Numbered from the whole stretch's first letter, positions 15,380-29,167 are shown. The stretch: 59,328 nucleotides of DNA, filler included, from Bipalium vagum (GCA_037834085.1; 3 parts of 3 records of this genome joined end to end with filler, not necessarily neighbours in it), one strand, 5' to 3'. Numbers and translations are program-made. The notes: generated from the letters alone by a model not told the origin.

Positions 15380-15620
15380 GACAACATACGACTGATGGTT
15401 GATGGATTATTCTCGACTGTTTTGATTACCATTTTGGAATTCTCGGTTCTTGGTCGACTGGAACGTGGCTCATCCTGGAGGTTTGTGTGACACTTAATAC
15501 ATTTTTTGAACTATTTGTGAGGTGTGCAAATGGCGAAATTGTCTTTTCCTTCATTGTCACATATTTTTCTGGTCGCTTCCTTCGCATTCAAGTGCTGTTT
15601 CGAGTAATGACTCAAAAGAA
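15380..15620 (-). mobile_element. mariner N-terminal HTH fragment
   Basis: Minus strand reads FKKCIKCHTNLQDEPRSSRPRT...VENNP, matching LxDxPRSGRP. Confidence 0.6.
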
Positions 15621-16281
15621 CTTTAATTTCAAAATTTTCGATATTTCATAAACATTTGGGATATATTTTACAGTTCATATTAAAGCTTAGTTAAAAATCT
15701 ATCAGATTATGTATTACTTACCGAAATCAATAATGTATATCAGCTTTAAATATCACTTTATACGATATCACTTTATATGTATATAGTATATAAAAATGCA
15801 CAAACTTTTGATTTACTATAATATTATTATACTAATATCCTAATATATACTAATTGTAGTGGTGTGTTTATCTTTTAGAATTTATCTTTCTCCCACATGT
15901 TGAGGTCAACCTCAGAAAATTTTTAATAATTTTTCCTTCAAAACCATAGTTTTCTCTTAATTGATTTAAGTGAAAAAAATTATTTCAATTAATTTTTATA
16001 TTTAATGATCTTTATTAAACAATATTTTTATTTTTAATTGAATTCTTGAACCATAGAAAAACTATTTCTAACTTAAACTAAACTATTAAAGTAAAAAAAG
16101 TATACAGCATAAAGTAAAAATATTCTATACCCTTAAATTAAAAGCCCTGTTTTTTTAATTTTTAATTTATTATTAAATTTTAATATATAAATAAATAAAA
16201 AATAATTTATCGATATTCCCATACCAAATATTATCGTATTTTACATGAAAAAAATGAACCAATTGATTAGGTTGAAAAGTA

Positions 16282-17340
16282 TTAGGTACCGGAATACTTA
16301 ATGTCGTTTTTTCATCAAGAGTTTCAAACGAACGATGTTTTTATTCAAGTACAGACAAATCAAACAATATAATCATCAATTGTTTTAACAACTGTTTCCC
16401 ATCTATCTATAAGAGAAAAAATCCCTTTCTCAAAGAACTCGAGTGACCTGGAGTCATAAAGCAGACAGATCACTTTTGACCTGATTTTCGGAATGGTATT
16501 TTTTACCCGATAAAAATCTGACATTGACAAGAACATAAAATGGTTAGTAGAACTAATGTCCGGGCTATATGGTGGATGATGTAAAAGGTCCCAGCATAAT
16601 TGACAAATTTTTTCTTTAGTCATTTTTTCAGTATGAGGTTTGTCGTTATCATGAAGTAGTATAACATCTTTTTGATTGACCAATGCCGGCTCGGTTTCCT
16701 GTAATTTAGCGTGGACAGTATATATTTCAGCATATTATGTCTTCTTTAATTGTCTGACGGGGTGGTAAATAATTTAGGTGAACAATGCATTTATAATTCC
16801 AATGTAGGTCTTTTTAGGGACATATTCATGGGGAACTAATCTTTTTAACCTACGATGAGGGTTTGCGAAAGTTGTTATCCAAGACCCATTCCTCATTAAA
16901 ATTAATTATTTGTTTTCAAAAAAGTCGCTTGTTGTAGCAAAATTGAACAGATATGGAATCGTGTCATTTTATTTGCAGGTGTAAATTGTTCAGGAAGCGA
17001 TTGATCTTTTTTTTTTGCAATCAAGCTCATGAAGCCGTTTTTGTACAGTCAACTCATCACACTCTAACTGCTCTGCAATTTCAACAAAAGTTTTGCAAGG
17101 CCCACTCTCGATTAGTTTAATTAAGTCTGTATTATTGAACAAAATTGATTGTGATTCCCTAGAAATGTCTTCATTGCTTTCATGAAACCTCTTGAACCAT
17201 CTTTGAGCGTCTCGAATGTTAATGGCACCTTTCCAAACCCTAAATTAATTCGTTTGACGGAATCTGTGGCATTCAGACAAACTTTGAAGTCGGAAAGAAG
17301 GCAGGTACGAATTTTAATATTTGACCTTGGCATAATCTTT
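16282..17340 (-). mobile_element. near full-length mariner pseudogene
   Basis: N-terminal IRTCLLSDFK..NATDS; LHDNDKPH, HPPYSPDISST, GIFSLIDRWE; TIR TA-ttaggtaccgg at left. Confidence 0.9.
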
Positions 17341-18599
17341 GCTAAAAAAATAATAAATAAAAAGGATATAATTAAAAATTTTAAATGAAATCATTTTAAA
17401 AAATGCCAATGTTTAATAATCAAACAAGATTATTTAAACAACACTTTATATTTATAATAGAAAATAGTCATCATTAAAATCAATTAAAAAAATGTCATCA
17501 AGTATAAACTATTATTAATATATCAGAATTTATTTATATTTGAACTAAAACCAATTTCTTAAATTGGAATTTTAATTATTTAATGTATAAGTGAACTATC
17601 AAATATTTTTGGTAATTTTTGTCTCGATTATTTTTTTTTGAAAAACTATATATAATTTTATGAAATATATATCTGATTTCAGAGCTTGTTATAAATATAA
17701 ATATAAATATAAATTGAATATAATTATAATTATAATTATATAATAATAATTATTATATTAATTATATAATATATAAATATAATTAAAAATTATATAAATA
17801 TTATAAATTAATAATTTTATATTAAAATTAAAAAATGTAAGATTTTTTCCGGTAAAAATATTTTATTGAATATCGATTGATATCAAAATTTATATTTTGT
17901 AAGGTTTATTTTTATAAAGGTATATTTGTTTAAATAATTTGTTAATAAATATAATGTTTATTAAAACAAAAATGAAATTGCAATTTAATCAAATTATGAC
18001 TCCATTTCAGAAATAAACGAACATATTATGAATAGTAATAATTAGTTTTATTGTTTTGTTCATTTGTTTTAAAACATAACCTTTAAACAAGTTAAAGATG
18101 CAGTTAGTGATATACATAGTAGATAGGTTGTACTACATACAGATTTTTATTGCTCCCTCCTATTACCACTTATTTTGTTCCGCACAAAATTTTCTTACTA
18201 GTAAGCAATTTAATAATAAATAGTTGCTAAAAAATGCACTGACAGAATTATTTCAATGAAAATTACAAGAATTCTACAGCAGAGGAATAAAGGTGCTACC
18301 TGAACGATGGTTTAAAGTGACTGAAGACAACGGAAACTATATTGTTGATTAAATTCTGTTATTTGTATTAATAAATAATTTTTTTAACATATTCGAAACC
18401 GATATTAATTAATACTAGTCCTGATATATACACTTTTCATTGACTTTCAGTTTTTCTGACTAGAAATAAAGACAAAATAAAATTTAAGTCACTAGTAAAA
18501 CTATTAAATAATTAAATTGTTACAAATTTGTCTCAACTAATTTTCCAAACATACGTGAAAGTTGTTTACCATAATTTTTTGGCAATATGCTTCATCTCT

Positions 18600-19270
18600 A
18601 TTTCTTTAGCCGAATAACAGTAATTGAAACAAGTCCGCTGTCAATGGTTTGCTGGAAATGATTCCGTGGAGTTTGACGATGTTGTCAACGATGCTGTCCA
18701 GTGACAGAAATTATCTGCCTTGTGGTAGACCGGTCGCTAATTACATTGTCATTGATTTTCCCTATCAGAGCATACTCCCTCACAGGCAAATGCACACACA
18801 CGCACTTCCTTCTGCCACACGCACACACAACCACACAAATACACAGCTCGAGAGAGAAGCGTGTACTCAATCATACAACTGCCTTGGAACACACACACAA
18901 TCACACATCCCTATACAAATTACAATATGGCCAGTTAATCAACGGTTTCTACAACTGTTAATCCTCGTTTGTTTCCCAATTATTATTATTATTATCATGA
19001 TTATTGTTTTCATTATTCCATCTGGTTGTTGTTGCTGTCGTTGTTGTTGATGTTGTTTTTATTGTTCTGTTTGCAAATAGTGTTTTCCACAAGTCCACCA
19101 ATAACAACAATATGCTTTCTCACTAAAACTGTCATATCGAAACAAAGCTGCCAAAGCGCGTTCCTATTCGTTCTTTAATTAAAAATCCTCATATGTTTTC
19201 ATTGTTCAATATATTTTAACGCAAAACTTAATCCAGTAGTTCTATTAATTTCCCATAATTTCCAATTGAA
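18600..19270 (+). promoter_or_regulatory. probable promoter/5' UTR of the protocadherin
   Basis: Locally GC-richer and TE-free, with CA-rich and TTG-rich tracts directly upstream of the ATG. Confidence 0.45.
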
Positions 19271-20086
19271 ATGGCACAGAATAAATGTGCACTTTTGTTC
19301 AGTATTTGGATAAATTTCCTTTTGTTTCCTGTTGTGTTTTCCCGATTTGAAGCCAATCTCAATTACACGATTCATGAAAACCACCCCTCCGGTATCCAGA
19401 TAGGGTATATATCGTCGGACATTATGCACATTCCAAATATTAACCTACCTAAATTTCTCGATTCCTCTTATGTTTTCATGCTCAGAGACAAGAGTGAGTA
19501 CTTCAGCTTGGATTCCAAATCGAGTGTTCTGAAAACGACGACGAAAATCAATCTGGAAGTTTTATGTCCGAAATTCTGTAACGATGAAGGAGTGGGGTTC
19601 CTATTTCTTGTTGTCAATGTTTGGAAGGAAAATCAATTGTGTGGAGTTATTAATGTGAAAATTGTTATTCTGGATCAAAACGATAACATTCCACTGTTTC
19701 CCATCAAGATTTTTGAAAAGAAAATCAAAGAGGTTCTCTATGGAATTGGCAAGATAATTGAACTGCCAAAAGCAATTGATAAGGATGTTACGGAAATTAA
19801 CAGTAGAGTATCATATAAATTAGACAAGCCCTCTGATACTTTCAATCTTCAAGTAACAAACGACAACAATCCGCGATTAGTACTGAAAAAGGAAATGGAT
19901 TATGAAGCAAAAAATCTGTACGAATTAACTTTGCTGGCGTGGAATCCGGCCCAGTCTGATGTCAAATCCTATCTTCAAATAAAAATCCATGTCATTGATA
20001 TCAACGATTGTGAACCTGTCTTTAAAAAGAGCATCTTTGAACTAATGCTGGATGAGAACGCACAAATTGGAAAATTGATAATAAAA
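19271..20086 (+). CDS. Pcdh: protocadherin first coding exon (signal peptide, EC1, EC2, start of EC3)
   Basis: Hydrophobic signal peptide; motifs IHEN, DQNDNIPLF, AIDKD, MDYE, DINDCEPVF, LDEN; EC1 cysteines (INLEVLCPKFC); phase-0 donor AAA|GTAATT at 20086/20087. Confidence 0.9.
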
Positions 20087-20142
20087 GTAATTGTATAATT
20101 ATTTTTAATTAATTAATAAATTACTAATTTATTAATTTCGTG

Positions 20143-20198
<56 letters not shown>

Positions 20199-20217
20199 CT
20201 CATAATAATAATAATAA
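20143..20217. repeat. (AAT)n microsatellite at contig end
   Basis: Seen directly. Confidence 0.9.
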
Positions 20218-20230
20218 ATATTTTTTACCA

Positions 20231-20330
20231 NNNNNNNNNNNNNNNNNNNNNNNNNNNNNNNNNNNNNNNNNNNNTTAATTAATTAANNNNNNNNNNNNNN
20301 NNNNNNNNNNNNNNNNNNNNNNNNNNNNNN
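20231..20330. other. artificial contig spacer N44-TTAATTAATTAA-N44
   Basis: Exactly 100 bp with a six-frame stop linker; identical copy at 40900. Confidence 0.97.
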
Positions 20331-20476
20331 ATATGCATAAAAATTATCATTTGTATATATAAATAAATTTTTTGTATAGCGTTTCTATTTCATTGGCCAC
20401 AACTGTACATTACTTTTACTATTGAAATACAATTATGATAATATTATCATAAAACAGAAATAATATGTGAAATTAC

Positions 20477-20755
20477 CTTGATTGCATTGGATCCGTTTTC
20501 ATTTGTTGATGGTGAATTGCTGAACCAGTTACTATTATTATTATTGTTGGTACTTGTTCCAGACCGAGAATAGCCTGCTGAGAAACCGTTTATAGCGGAC
20601 TTGAAATTTGATCTGGAATTAGCACTGGTCACGTTATTATTATTATTATTATTGCTATTGTTGTTGTAATGTGGTATCGAAGATTGATTAGAATTCGTAT
20701 TTCTCGATGTCAACTTTGCTACTTTCGCGTATGATTTTGAATTAGCAGGATTTGA
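20477..20755 (-). CDS. exon of N/S-rich protein (putative YTHDF-like N-terminal region)
   Basis: Acceptor TTTTCTAG|, donor AAG|GTAATT, 279 nt open frame SNPANSKSYAKVAKLTSR...NGSNAIK. Confidence 0.7.
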
Positions 20756-20819
20756 CTAGAAAATGAACATAATGAATAGATTTTTCTGCTTCATTAAGTT
20801 TTGTTTTGTAATTCCTTAC

Positions 20820-21146
20820 CGTCCGATTGATGTCCTGATTCCAGAAATCTGAATTTTCACCTTTGTCCATTGGGCACTGTTTCGATATTAATGTAAGAGA
20901 ATAGTTCCTTTGATTATTATTAAGAATTGACCCTTGATTCGGCTCAAAATTAGAGCTGTCTTTGTGGATTGAACAATCGTTAGTCAACTGAGATTGCAAA
21001 GCGTCCATTTGTGAATATACATTATATGAACTGGAGGCCGCCGAAAATTTCTTATCTTGATTAATGAAATTATCTGATTTTTCTACAACTGTTCTCTCAA
21101 CATTCATCATGTGTGAATTATCATGTGGAACTCTTGTAGCTAACTC
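20820..21146 (-). CDS. exon of same gene
   Basis: Acceptor TTATCTAG|, donor ACG|GTAAGG, 327 nt open; 64-bp phase-0 intron to the next exon. Confidence 0.72.
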
Positions 21147-23236
21147 CTAGATAATTTTTATTTTTATATTGATAATGGGGATTTTTAATATTTAAATACC
21201 TCAAAATTGGATATATGACATTGATCACATTTTTATCAATTAAAAATAAAATCAATAAAATTAATTAAAAAATCTTTTTCCACCCCATGCATATAATATA
21301 ATTGAATATTTTTTCAAAAATAAGAATCAATAATGAATGAAGTACGAAGAGATCGATAAAATATTTTCGAAAAATAATTTTTTATTATGAATTTAAAAGA
21401 AAATTAAAATAGATTTTGGAAAGATAAAATTAAAAAAGATTTTTTTGAAAATTAACCAGTAATGTTGATGAGTACATTCATCATATTAATTATTTTTGCT
21501 AGGAATTTCATCTAATTTATTATAAAAATTATATTTTTAAATTAATTTTTTAATGGGTAAATTAATTTCTATGCAAAATATTTTTTTACAATTAAAACAA
21601 GATTTGTTAAAAATGAAAGATTTCTTTTTTATAACATTAATTAAAAATTTATTTTAAAAAAATTTAATCCAATTAACCGTAAAATAAAACAGATTACTCT
21701 CTGTACACTCTGAAAGACCTTTTTCGGTAAATATGTTGGTGTCAAACTTAATTTTTCAAAAATAAAAACTATATATGGTATAAGTACAAGTTAATATATA
21801 TTTCGAGCTTAAGGAGCAATTATTAAGAAAGACAAAAATTCCCGTACCAAATTAATTCAATATGAAATAATATTCATAGAAACAACAGTTTAAGAGTCTT
21901 GAAAATAAATTTATAAAAACTAACATTAACTTGATAAATTTCCAAATTTTTGTTCTAAAAATAATAGAAAAGGTCAAATCCTTGTCAGTAATACTTAACC
22001 GGTACCTTTCTATTTTCAGAGATAAGAAAATCAATCAGCACATGAAAAATATCTTGAATTTATAAATAGCACAGTTTTTAAATTAACACAACACCATTGT
22101 TATTAATAAAAGTGCAAAATTAAAATTTTACAGTATTGAAATAAATAGTGTTAGTCAACTAGTATAGGATTATATTGTAGAGAAACCATCTATCAGTAAC
22201 CATCAGTTACTATCGTGGACCTTGGCACATAATCTGGATTAATTATTGGATCCCATTATTGATTATTTAAATGAATAAAATAGATATTCATAGTACTTAT
22301 TAATTCTATTATTGGTATTAGTATTCTTTTTATGATTGATGTTATTGTTATAATTGATTTAGGTCTAAGCTATGGTGAATAAAAATTTAAGAAGAATCTG
22401 ATTGTGTAATATAACTCGACAATATTTATCACAAGTGTCAATAAGATAGGTAGATAATTCAACTTAGTGGACTAAGTTAAAAACGTTTATAGGAACAATA
22501 GAATAGAAATATTTCTAAAACAAAATTGAAAGAATAGAAATTAGAAATCGATTTTTTAAATAAGAAAAGAAGTAAAGAAATCTAAAACATCATTTTTATT
22601 ACTTATATTCTAAAACTTTGTCCATATTTTGCATTTGACATGAAAATTGATAAAAAAGGTTTCAGAAAAGTAAAATTTTTATTTTAAGATGAAGATATGG
22701 TGACAATTAAATATTTTTTCATAATCGTTTCATTTACTTTTTTTATTAGTAATATGAAATACAAACACAAAATCAATAAAAATAATGAGTTGTATAATAA
22801 AATAAAAGATAATTTTCTATTCTAAAAAAAATTCCTATAAAATTTCCTTTGTAACCTCGTAGAATATATTAAAATATAATATTTACATTTTTCATTATGT
22901 AGTTTTAGTTAAAATTGATTTTCAAGAGACTATTAAATTTTAAGGAATAATTATTCTAGAATTAATTTTAATTTAGTAAAGAAAATTCAATGGAAACTAG
23001 AATTATAAGAAAATCAATAATCTTCGTTACATTATTCTAAATGATAAACTTAAAAAAATGTTTTGTCTACATAATTAAGGTCACTTATCAATATTATATC
23101 GATATACTTAATTCTCTAATTTTGTAGATCCTTTCTTTTAAATCCAGCGAATCCAATTTAAGAATATAAATAATTTTTAATAAACAAATCAATCAATTTA
23201 TAAAAAATTAAAAATCAGTTTTCAAATAAATATTTT

Positions 23237-24374
23237 GGATCATTTTTTTTGACCGGTCAAAAAAAATACTTGAAACGATTGACCAGACAAAAAAGAGACT
23301 TGAAACGAATCACAAAAATATAAAATAGCCAATTTATTAAATAAAAAAATGATTCGCAGTTTCTCGATTGAATATTTTAGCGCCATATTCATTTATTTAG
23401 ATATAATTCCAAGAGATCACCATAGTTTTCGATTCAATTTGCGACTGAGCACCAGTCTTCCTGTAAACAAAATTCATCTTGTAGTTGACAGTTTGATGAA
23501 TATAAATTTCACCTTTAAACAGTTGAGAACATGGGTTCTCCCATTTTTATTGAATTTTTCAAGAAAAATCTCACATTTCTTCCTCTTTTCTGCATAGAAA
23601 TTAAAAACGACAGATTTTGAAACTCCCATATTTTTAGGAATTGAATTTTATGATCTGCCAGGGCCCCTCGATTCTAGCTTCACAGCTATGACCCAGGACG
23701 TAAACAAATTATCTTTATTTTTATAAAATCGTAAGAACAATAAAGGGTCAATAAGTAACTCTCAATGAATGAATCACTGAATTTTTGTCCTGACTCATCC
23801 GCTCATCTACACGGCAATATCCATGAGGTCGAAAAGTGATATAGCAATGGGATTTTTTGTACTTACGGTATTTTTGGAATAATTAGGGACTGATATGTTA
23901 AGGGAGTTGTGAATTCTCAATTCTAGACTCAGATAAGTCTAGGTTTTCCTTTTATGTGTGTGAATGATGAGTATTTGTTGTATTCTGTGCTGCCCTAGAT
24001 TGGTGAAAAAGAGAGAAATTAACTAAGTGAAGATCAAAAAGAAATATGAAAAAAAAATAGTGCATAAGTGTTGCTTCTTTTAAATGGACACATTTATTTA
24101 GAGGTACTTTGAATTTCTCAAAAAAGGATTTTCTTCTAATAGAAAAATATCTATTGTAATTTATGCAATTGTTTGTGTAGCAGCGCCATAAAACACAATC
24201 AATAACAATTATAGTAATAACAGAATGTTTTCCCTTAAAAACATAATAGGAAGGAATACCCATCATCATGCTGCTTATTTATTTAATATTCATTTCTTTA
24301 ATATCAATATGAAAAAATTGAGATCGGTCAAAAAAGAGACTGGATAGTCATTTCGGTCAAAAAAAACATGATCC
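23237..24374 (-). mobile_element. Merlin (IS1016/ISXO2-like) DNA transposon, decayed, with TIRs and TSD
   Basis: GG-starting TIRs ggatcattttttttgaccg / cggtcaaaaaaaacatgatcc; flanks aatatttt / aatacttt; motifs DCVLWRC..C..SIRRKSFFE, GPG and HQTVNYKMNFVYRKTGAQSQ. Confidence 0.85.
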
Positions 24375-24639
24375 AATACTTTTTCACAGTTATTGATAAC
24401 TAAATTTAATTAATAATTTATCAATTAATCAATAATTTACACAAAAATATTAATTTTAAAAGAATTTCATCTGTCCTCTTTTCAATTGTATTTCTTTATT
24501 ATTATTAGATATAAAAAATATATGTATCGTCGTTTTAAAATGTAAAAATTCAAAGGGATTAAAAAAGAAAATTTTATTAAAATGCTGGACAATTTAGGAA
24601 TTACAACAGAAAGAAAAATAATTTTGCAATTAAATCATT

Positions 24640-25070
24640 TATTCATTTTTTACATCTTCATAATTTTTGGGCTCTGACCTTGGGTCATCAACCGAAACAC
24701 GTAATAGTCCAATGAAAAATTCCTGGTAAGTACGACGAGTGTAGGAAAACATCCCATATCAACTCTTTTGACGTGTCTTGACAAATTTTGAAACAAGAGG
24801 TCTGGTGTTCACAACTATCAATAACTTTTTCCTATGCCTAGCAGGCCCAATAAAGTTGTGTTACATGGAGTTCGTGATTTAACTGCAAAAGTTGATATTC
24901 AATGTGATTGTCATAAACTGTTTCTTATTATTTCAATAATTCAAATTACAGAAACCATACACAATATATTTTTTTGTTTTCCTGTAAATTCATTAGGTCG
25001 TACTTGTCGTACTTCTGAATCCTTTCCATATCGAATAAGCGGTTTGAAAATGTTTGTTATTTACATTCTG
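24640..25070 (-). mobile_element. highly decayed mariner fragment
   Basis: NTRPLVSK and WDVFLHSSYLP resemble DNARPH and W.VL.HPPYSP. Confidence 0.5.
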
Positions 25071-28000
25071 TAAAGTTACAATACATTAGATAAACAAAAG
25101 TAAAATTTGCCACGAATACCTTATTCCAAAATTAAAAACGATTAACAAAAAATAGAGCCATACTTTAACACTTAATAACTTGGTTTGTTCATATCAAATA
25201 TATATTCAATTGCCTATTTTCTTCATAGAAATAACTAATTTTTCCCCCTAAAACCCGATCAGTTTAATAAAAATTTAATTTATATTAAAATAAGTTGCTT
25301 ATTTTTGAAAAATTAATCTGATAACGCGTTTACTAAACCAGTTGATGAAAATTGTCATTTTCTTACAAATAAATGAAAAACCATAAAAACTTCCTTCCAA
25401 TCTCACCGATGTCAAAGCACAATTTTTGACAAATTTATTGAATATATACCTGTTGTATTATTGATTAAAAAACTAAACAGAATTTTTGGTTTCGTGAACG
25501 ATATTATTTATAAAATTTTAAGTATCAGTGAATTATCATTAATCTTAATAAATAATAAATAAACAACTCCGGAATTTCGGTTCCTAATGAAAATCTCAGT
25601 TCGAAAAAAAATTTTTTTTAATTTCTTACATCTATATAATTTTCTTTGACTTTAAAATCATCAATTTAAACAGAATGAATATGTAAATTTCATTTTAATA
25701 CCTGAATAGCATTTTATGCTTAACTTTAAAAATATCATATGGTAAGATATTAAACATGTTTATAAAATTAGATTTTAGAAATTAAAAAAACTTTTAAAAA
25801 TCAATAAAAGTTAATTTGAGATTTGTATATAATCAATAATAAATAAAAATTATTATATCGACATTTAGAAAATTTTAACAAAATTCTCCCAAATCTCTAG
25901 GGTTTTCAGATCATGAGCCAAATTCTAGAAATCAACAAACAATGGGAAATTTCTCGTTGATTAAAATTGTAAATAATCAATAGTTGCAGTGCAATATTAA
26001 GTAAAATATGTTTAATTTTTAAAGAAAATTTAAGTTAATTTAGCAATTTTCCTCCAATGAGAAGAATTTATTGAAAAAAAACGTTACTAATGATATAGGT
26101 GATTTCTAAAACTTGATAAAATAAATACATTTCTGCACAGAATATAAAAATGAGAGAATTTACTATAAATGGGTGATTTATTAATTACTGTTGCCGTTGG
26201 GAATTTCTTTAAATCATAATAAATGAACAAAGTTTGGAAAAACGAGATTAATTAATTAGTTTTAGATGAAAAATTATTGATTTTAAGAGATCAGTAATCA
26301 ACTTGGTTTATTTATTTTGCTGTCATAATATCTTGACCTATAATGAAGACAATACTTCATGAAAACACAGACCTTTGGTAATAATAATAATGAATCAGAA
26401 AATTTTTACGAACAAAGAATCTGATTTGTAGCTTACTCAAAAATAAAATGTAAATTCGATTTAATTTGCTCTTACAATATTATACAAAAATTATCAAAGC
26501 ATTCCTAAAGAAATTGGTTTTGAGTAGCACTTCCTGGTCGCTTGTATGACGTAACATTATTTTTTCTCTGTGAAGGTCTCAACTATAAAATTTAAGAAAA
26601 TATAGATTTTTTTAATTGTATAAAGAGAAATAACAACAATAAACAGTGATAAATACAAATATAATTTTGATTTTACGGAGTTCTAATTTTATGCAATATT
26701 AATTAAATAATAATAATTGAAGATAATAAAATATCAATTATTAAAAATAATATCAAATATATTTTAAAATACACATTAATAATGTTTTTTCGAACACAAT
26801 TTATTGATTCTGTATAATATTTTAATAATATAACGAAATGTGATATTTGGTGGTCAACAATTGAATATAGTGATTAGAGAACCATGATCTAGACCCTGAC
26901 AAGAGTTCTTTAAAAAATAATTGATTAAAAAAGAATTACTATTCTTAGCATAAATAAAAATTTTTCAATATTTTACAGATTGAATATGCTATATAACCAA
27001 ATAACATTTTAAAACAGTAAAAGGAGAAGCCGATACTTTATTTTTGTTGAAGTGTGAGAAAACCTTGTAACAATTGTCAGGCCGACGATATTGACTAAAG
27101 AGAAATGTTTCAGAATTAATTTTCAAAAAAGTTGGCCAAGATTCAGAAATGTGATTACACCTCGAGTTGTTACAGAACCATTTAACAAACAGACTTTCAA
27201 TGAAAAATTTTATTACATGGTTGAAAAAAACACAAGGAAAAGAAATCATTATGCATTATCACATTTTAATAACATTAAAAAGGGAACAGCTGGTTTGAGT
27301 GCAAAAATCGAAAGAGGAATGAAAATTTGGTTCGTTTTAATCGGAAATTAAAAGAAAATTCCACACAATGAATGATTCATCGATTTTCGTATAAACAATT
27401 TGTTACATTTCTCACTTAACCGTTTTTGATTGGCCCTCTAAATTTATTGGTCATATTGATTTTAAAATTAAAATGTGACACGATAGTATTATTGAAATCT
27501 TGCACTTCGAAAATCTGGTCACGTGACTAGCAAAATATGAAACAAGTGTGAAAAGAAAAATAATATTATTATTTCCGTTTTCCCTGTTTTGTTCACTTAT
27601 TGATTTGAAAAATTTGAACCTTATATTAATAACCTTAAAATTATCGAATAATTATTCAAAATGATTTTCATTAAAACAAAAATAAAGAAACAGTTACATT
27701 CGTTATTTCTACAAAATCAATTGAAAATGGATTTAAATAGATTTTCAATATTATTTCGAAATATTAATTTTGAAAATTTTAAATTCCCCTTCTAAAGTTG
27801 CACTGATTTTTTAAAGTGCAGAAAAATATAAATCTTTAATTTAATTCAGATAAATAAGTTCCTTAAAAGGAAAAATTGAACTTGCTGAGAAATAGCAAAA
27901 ATCAATTTAAAAAAATAACATTTAATTTTAAAATTGAAAGAGATTGAAATTGAAAGAAAACATTTTCGAGATAATAATTTACAATTATTAATTTATTAAT

Positions 28001-28319
28001 AGATCAATATTAATTAATATTCAATTTTTAACAATATCACAAATATTTATTGGAAATAAAATAAACTGCTTAAATTCCGAAAGGAAAATTAATAGAATTA
28101 TAAAATGCAATCAAACGAAATAATTCATTTCGAGAACGAAATATGCAGCGCACTTCATTTTAATGAATAATATTACTAAGTTCTGTAACTCTCAACGAGA
28201 ACAAATCGACATTTTATGATTAATGGAAAGACTGACTGTGAATCATAACCGAATAAATGGGTTTTAATTATATCACTAATTATATCATTTTACAAATAAC
28301 ATGTTTCACAATCGCTTAC

Positions 28320-28636
28320 CAGTCCATTGGAAATCTGATATCCGTTTTGAAGAAGATGTTTTTGGTGGTTGGCCTGAATATTATTGATCGATAGAATCTG
28401 ATTTGCTTGTTCAATGGGTGAAATTGTCGTTTTATAATTCATTGAATTCGATAGAGAGGGATATTGACTGTTGAAAACGCTTTCCGACCAGGATTGAGAC
28501 TTTTCGACAGGCGGGAGCGAATAATTTTGGTTGGGAGATTTGTATTCCACCATTGATGGGTGAGTCCAGTACATATTATTAGCTGCCCCGTAACCATATT
28601 GATAGAATACATTTTGATCTGTTGCCTGCGGAGGTC
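28320..28636 (-). CDS. exon of N/Q/S/Y-rich protein (putative YTHDF-like)
   Basis: Acceptor TCCCAG|GA (phase 1); donor CTG|GTAAGC (phase 0, compatible with the 21146 exon); could instead read through to a stop at 28290. Confidence 0.75.
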
Positions 28637-28779
28637 CTGGGATAGTTTTTAAATGATTAAAGTCGGTTTAAGTTAAATGGAAATAGAAAGAATAGATTTG
28701 TGTTTTAAAAAAATAATAATTGAAATATAATAATAGAAAAAATGAATATAAAAAATTTCGATATTTTATGTTGTCTCAC

Positions 28780-29035
28780 CGTGCGAGGGGATAGAAAAAA
28801 AATGAGCAGTGTTAGGATCAATGTTTTGCGCTTGATTGCTTCTGGTCTGTGCAGCATTGATCGGAGTTGTGTTCCACATATTAGGATGATTGTTTGCATT
28901 TATACCATCTCCAAGACCTTGATTATCACTGTATTGAAATGAAAATTGTGTCGCCAGTAACTGATTTGGACCGTATGTATTGTGTAATTGTGCAAAATCC
29001 TGACTGATACTAGGAGTATTGGGTATTCGATAATA
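28780..29035 (-). CDS. exon of same gene
   Basis: Acceptor ATTAG|TAT, 256 nt open (YYRIPNTPS...FSIPSH), donor G|GTGAGA; 143-bp phase-1 intron. Confidence 0.75.
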
Positions 29036-29081
29036 CTAATTTTATGTCACTTAATATAATAGATTTTAAGAAAAAAAATAC

Positions 29082-29167
29082 TTGATAAAATTGGTTAGGT
29101 AAGTCAAATGATTTAAATTTATTTGGATTTAAATTAGGATTTGGATCACTATTTAAAGAGTTCATAC
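29082..29167 (-). CDS. small upstream exon of same gene
   Basis: TGTAG|GT ATG AAC...MNSLNSDPNPNLNPNKFKSFDLPNQFYQ|GTATTT; a 46-bp phase-0 intron joins it in frame. Confidence 0.55.

Noticed and set aside
18649-19178. Overlapping His/Thr/Cys-rich ORFs
   Set aside because: Translations of CA and TTG repeats upstream of the protocadherin
20275-20286. TTAATTAATTAA palindrome as a biological motif
   Set aside because: Artificial linker centred in N runs
26989-27351. Overlapping 86-aa ORFs
   Set aside because: No recognisable domain or splice signals; probably TE debris
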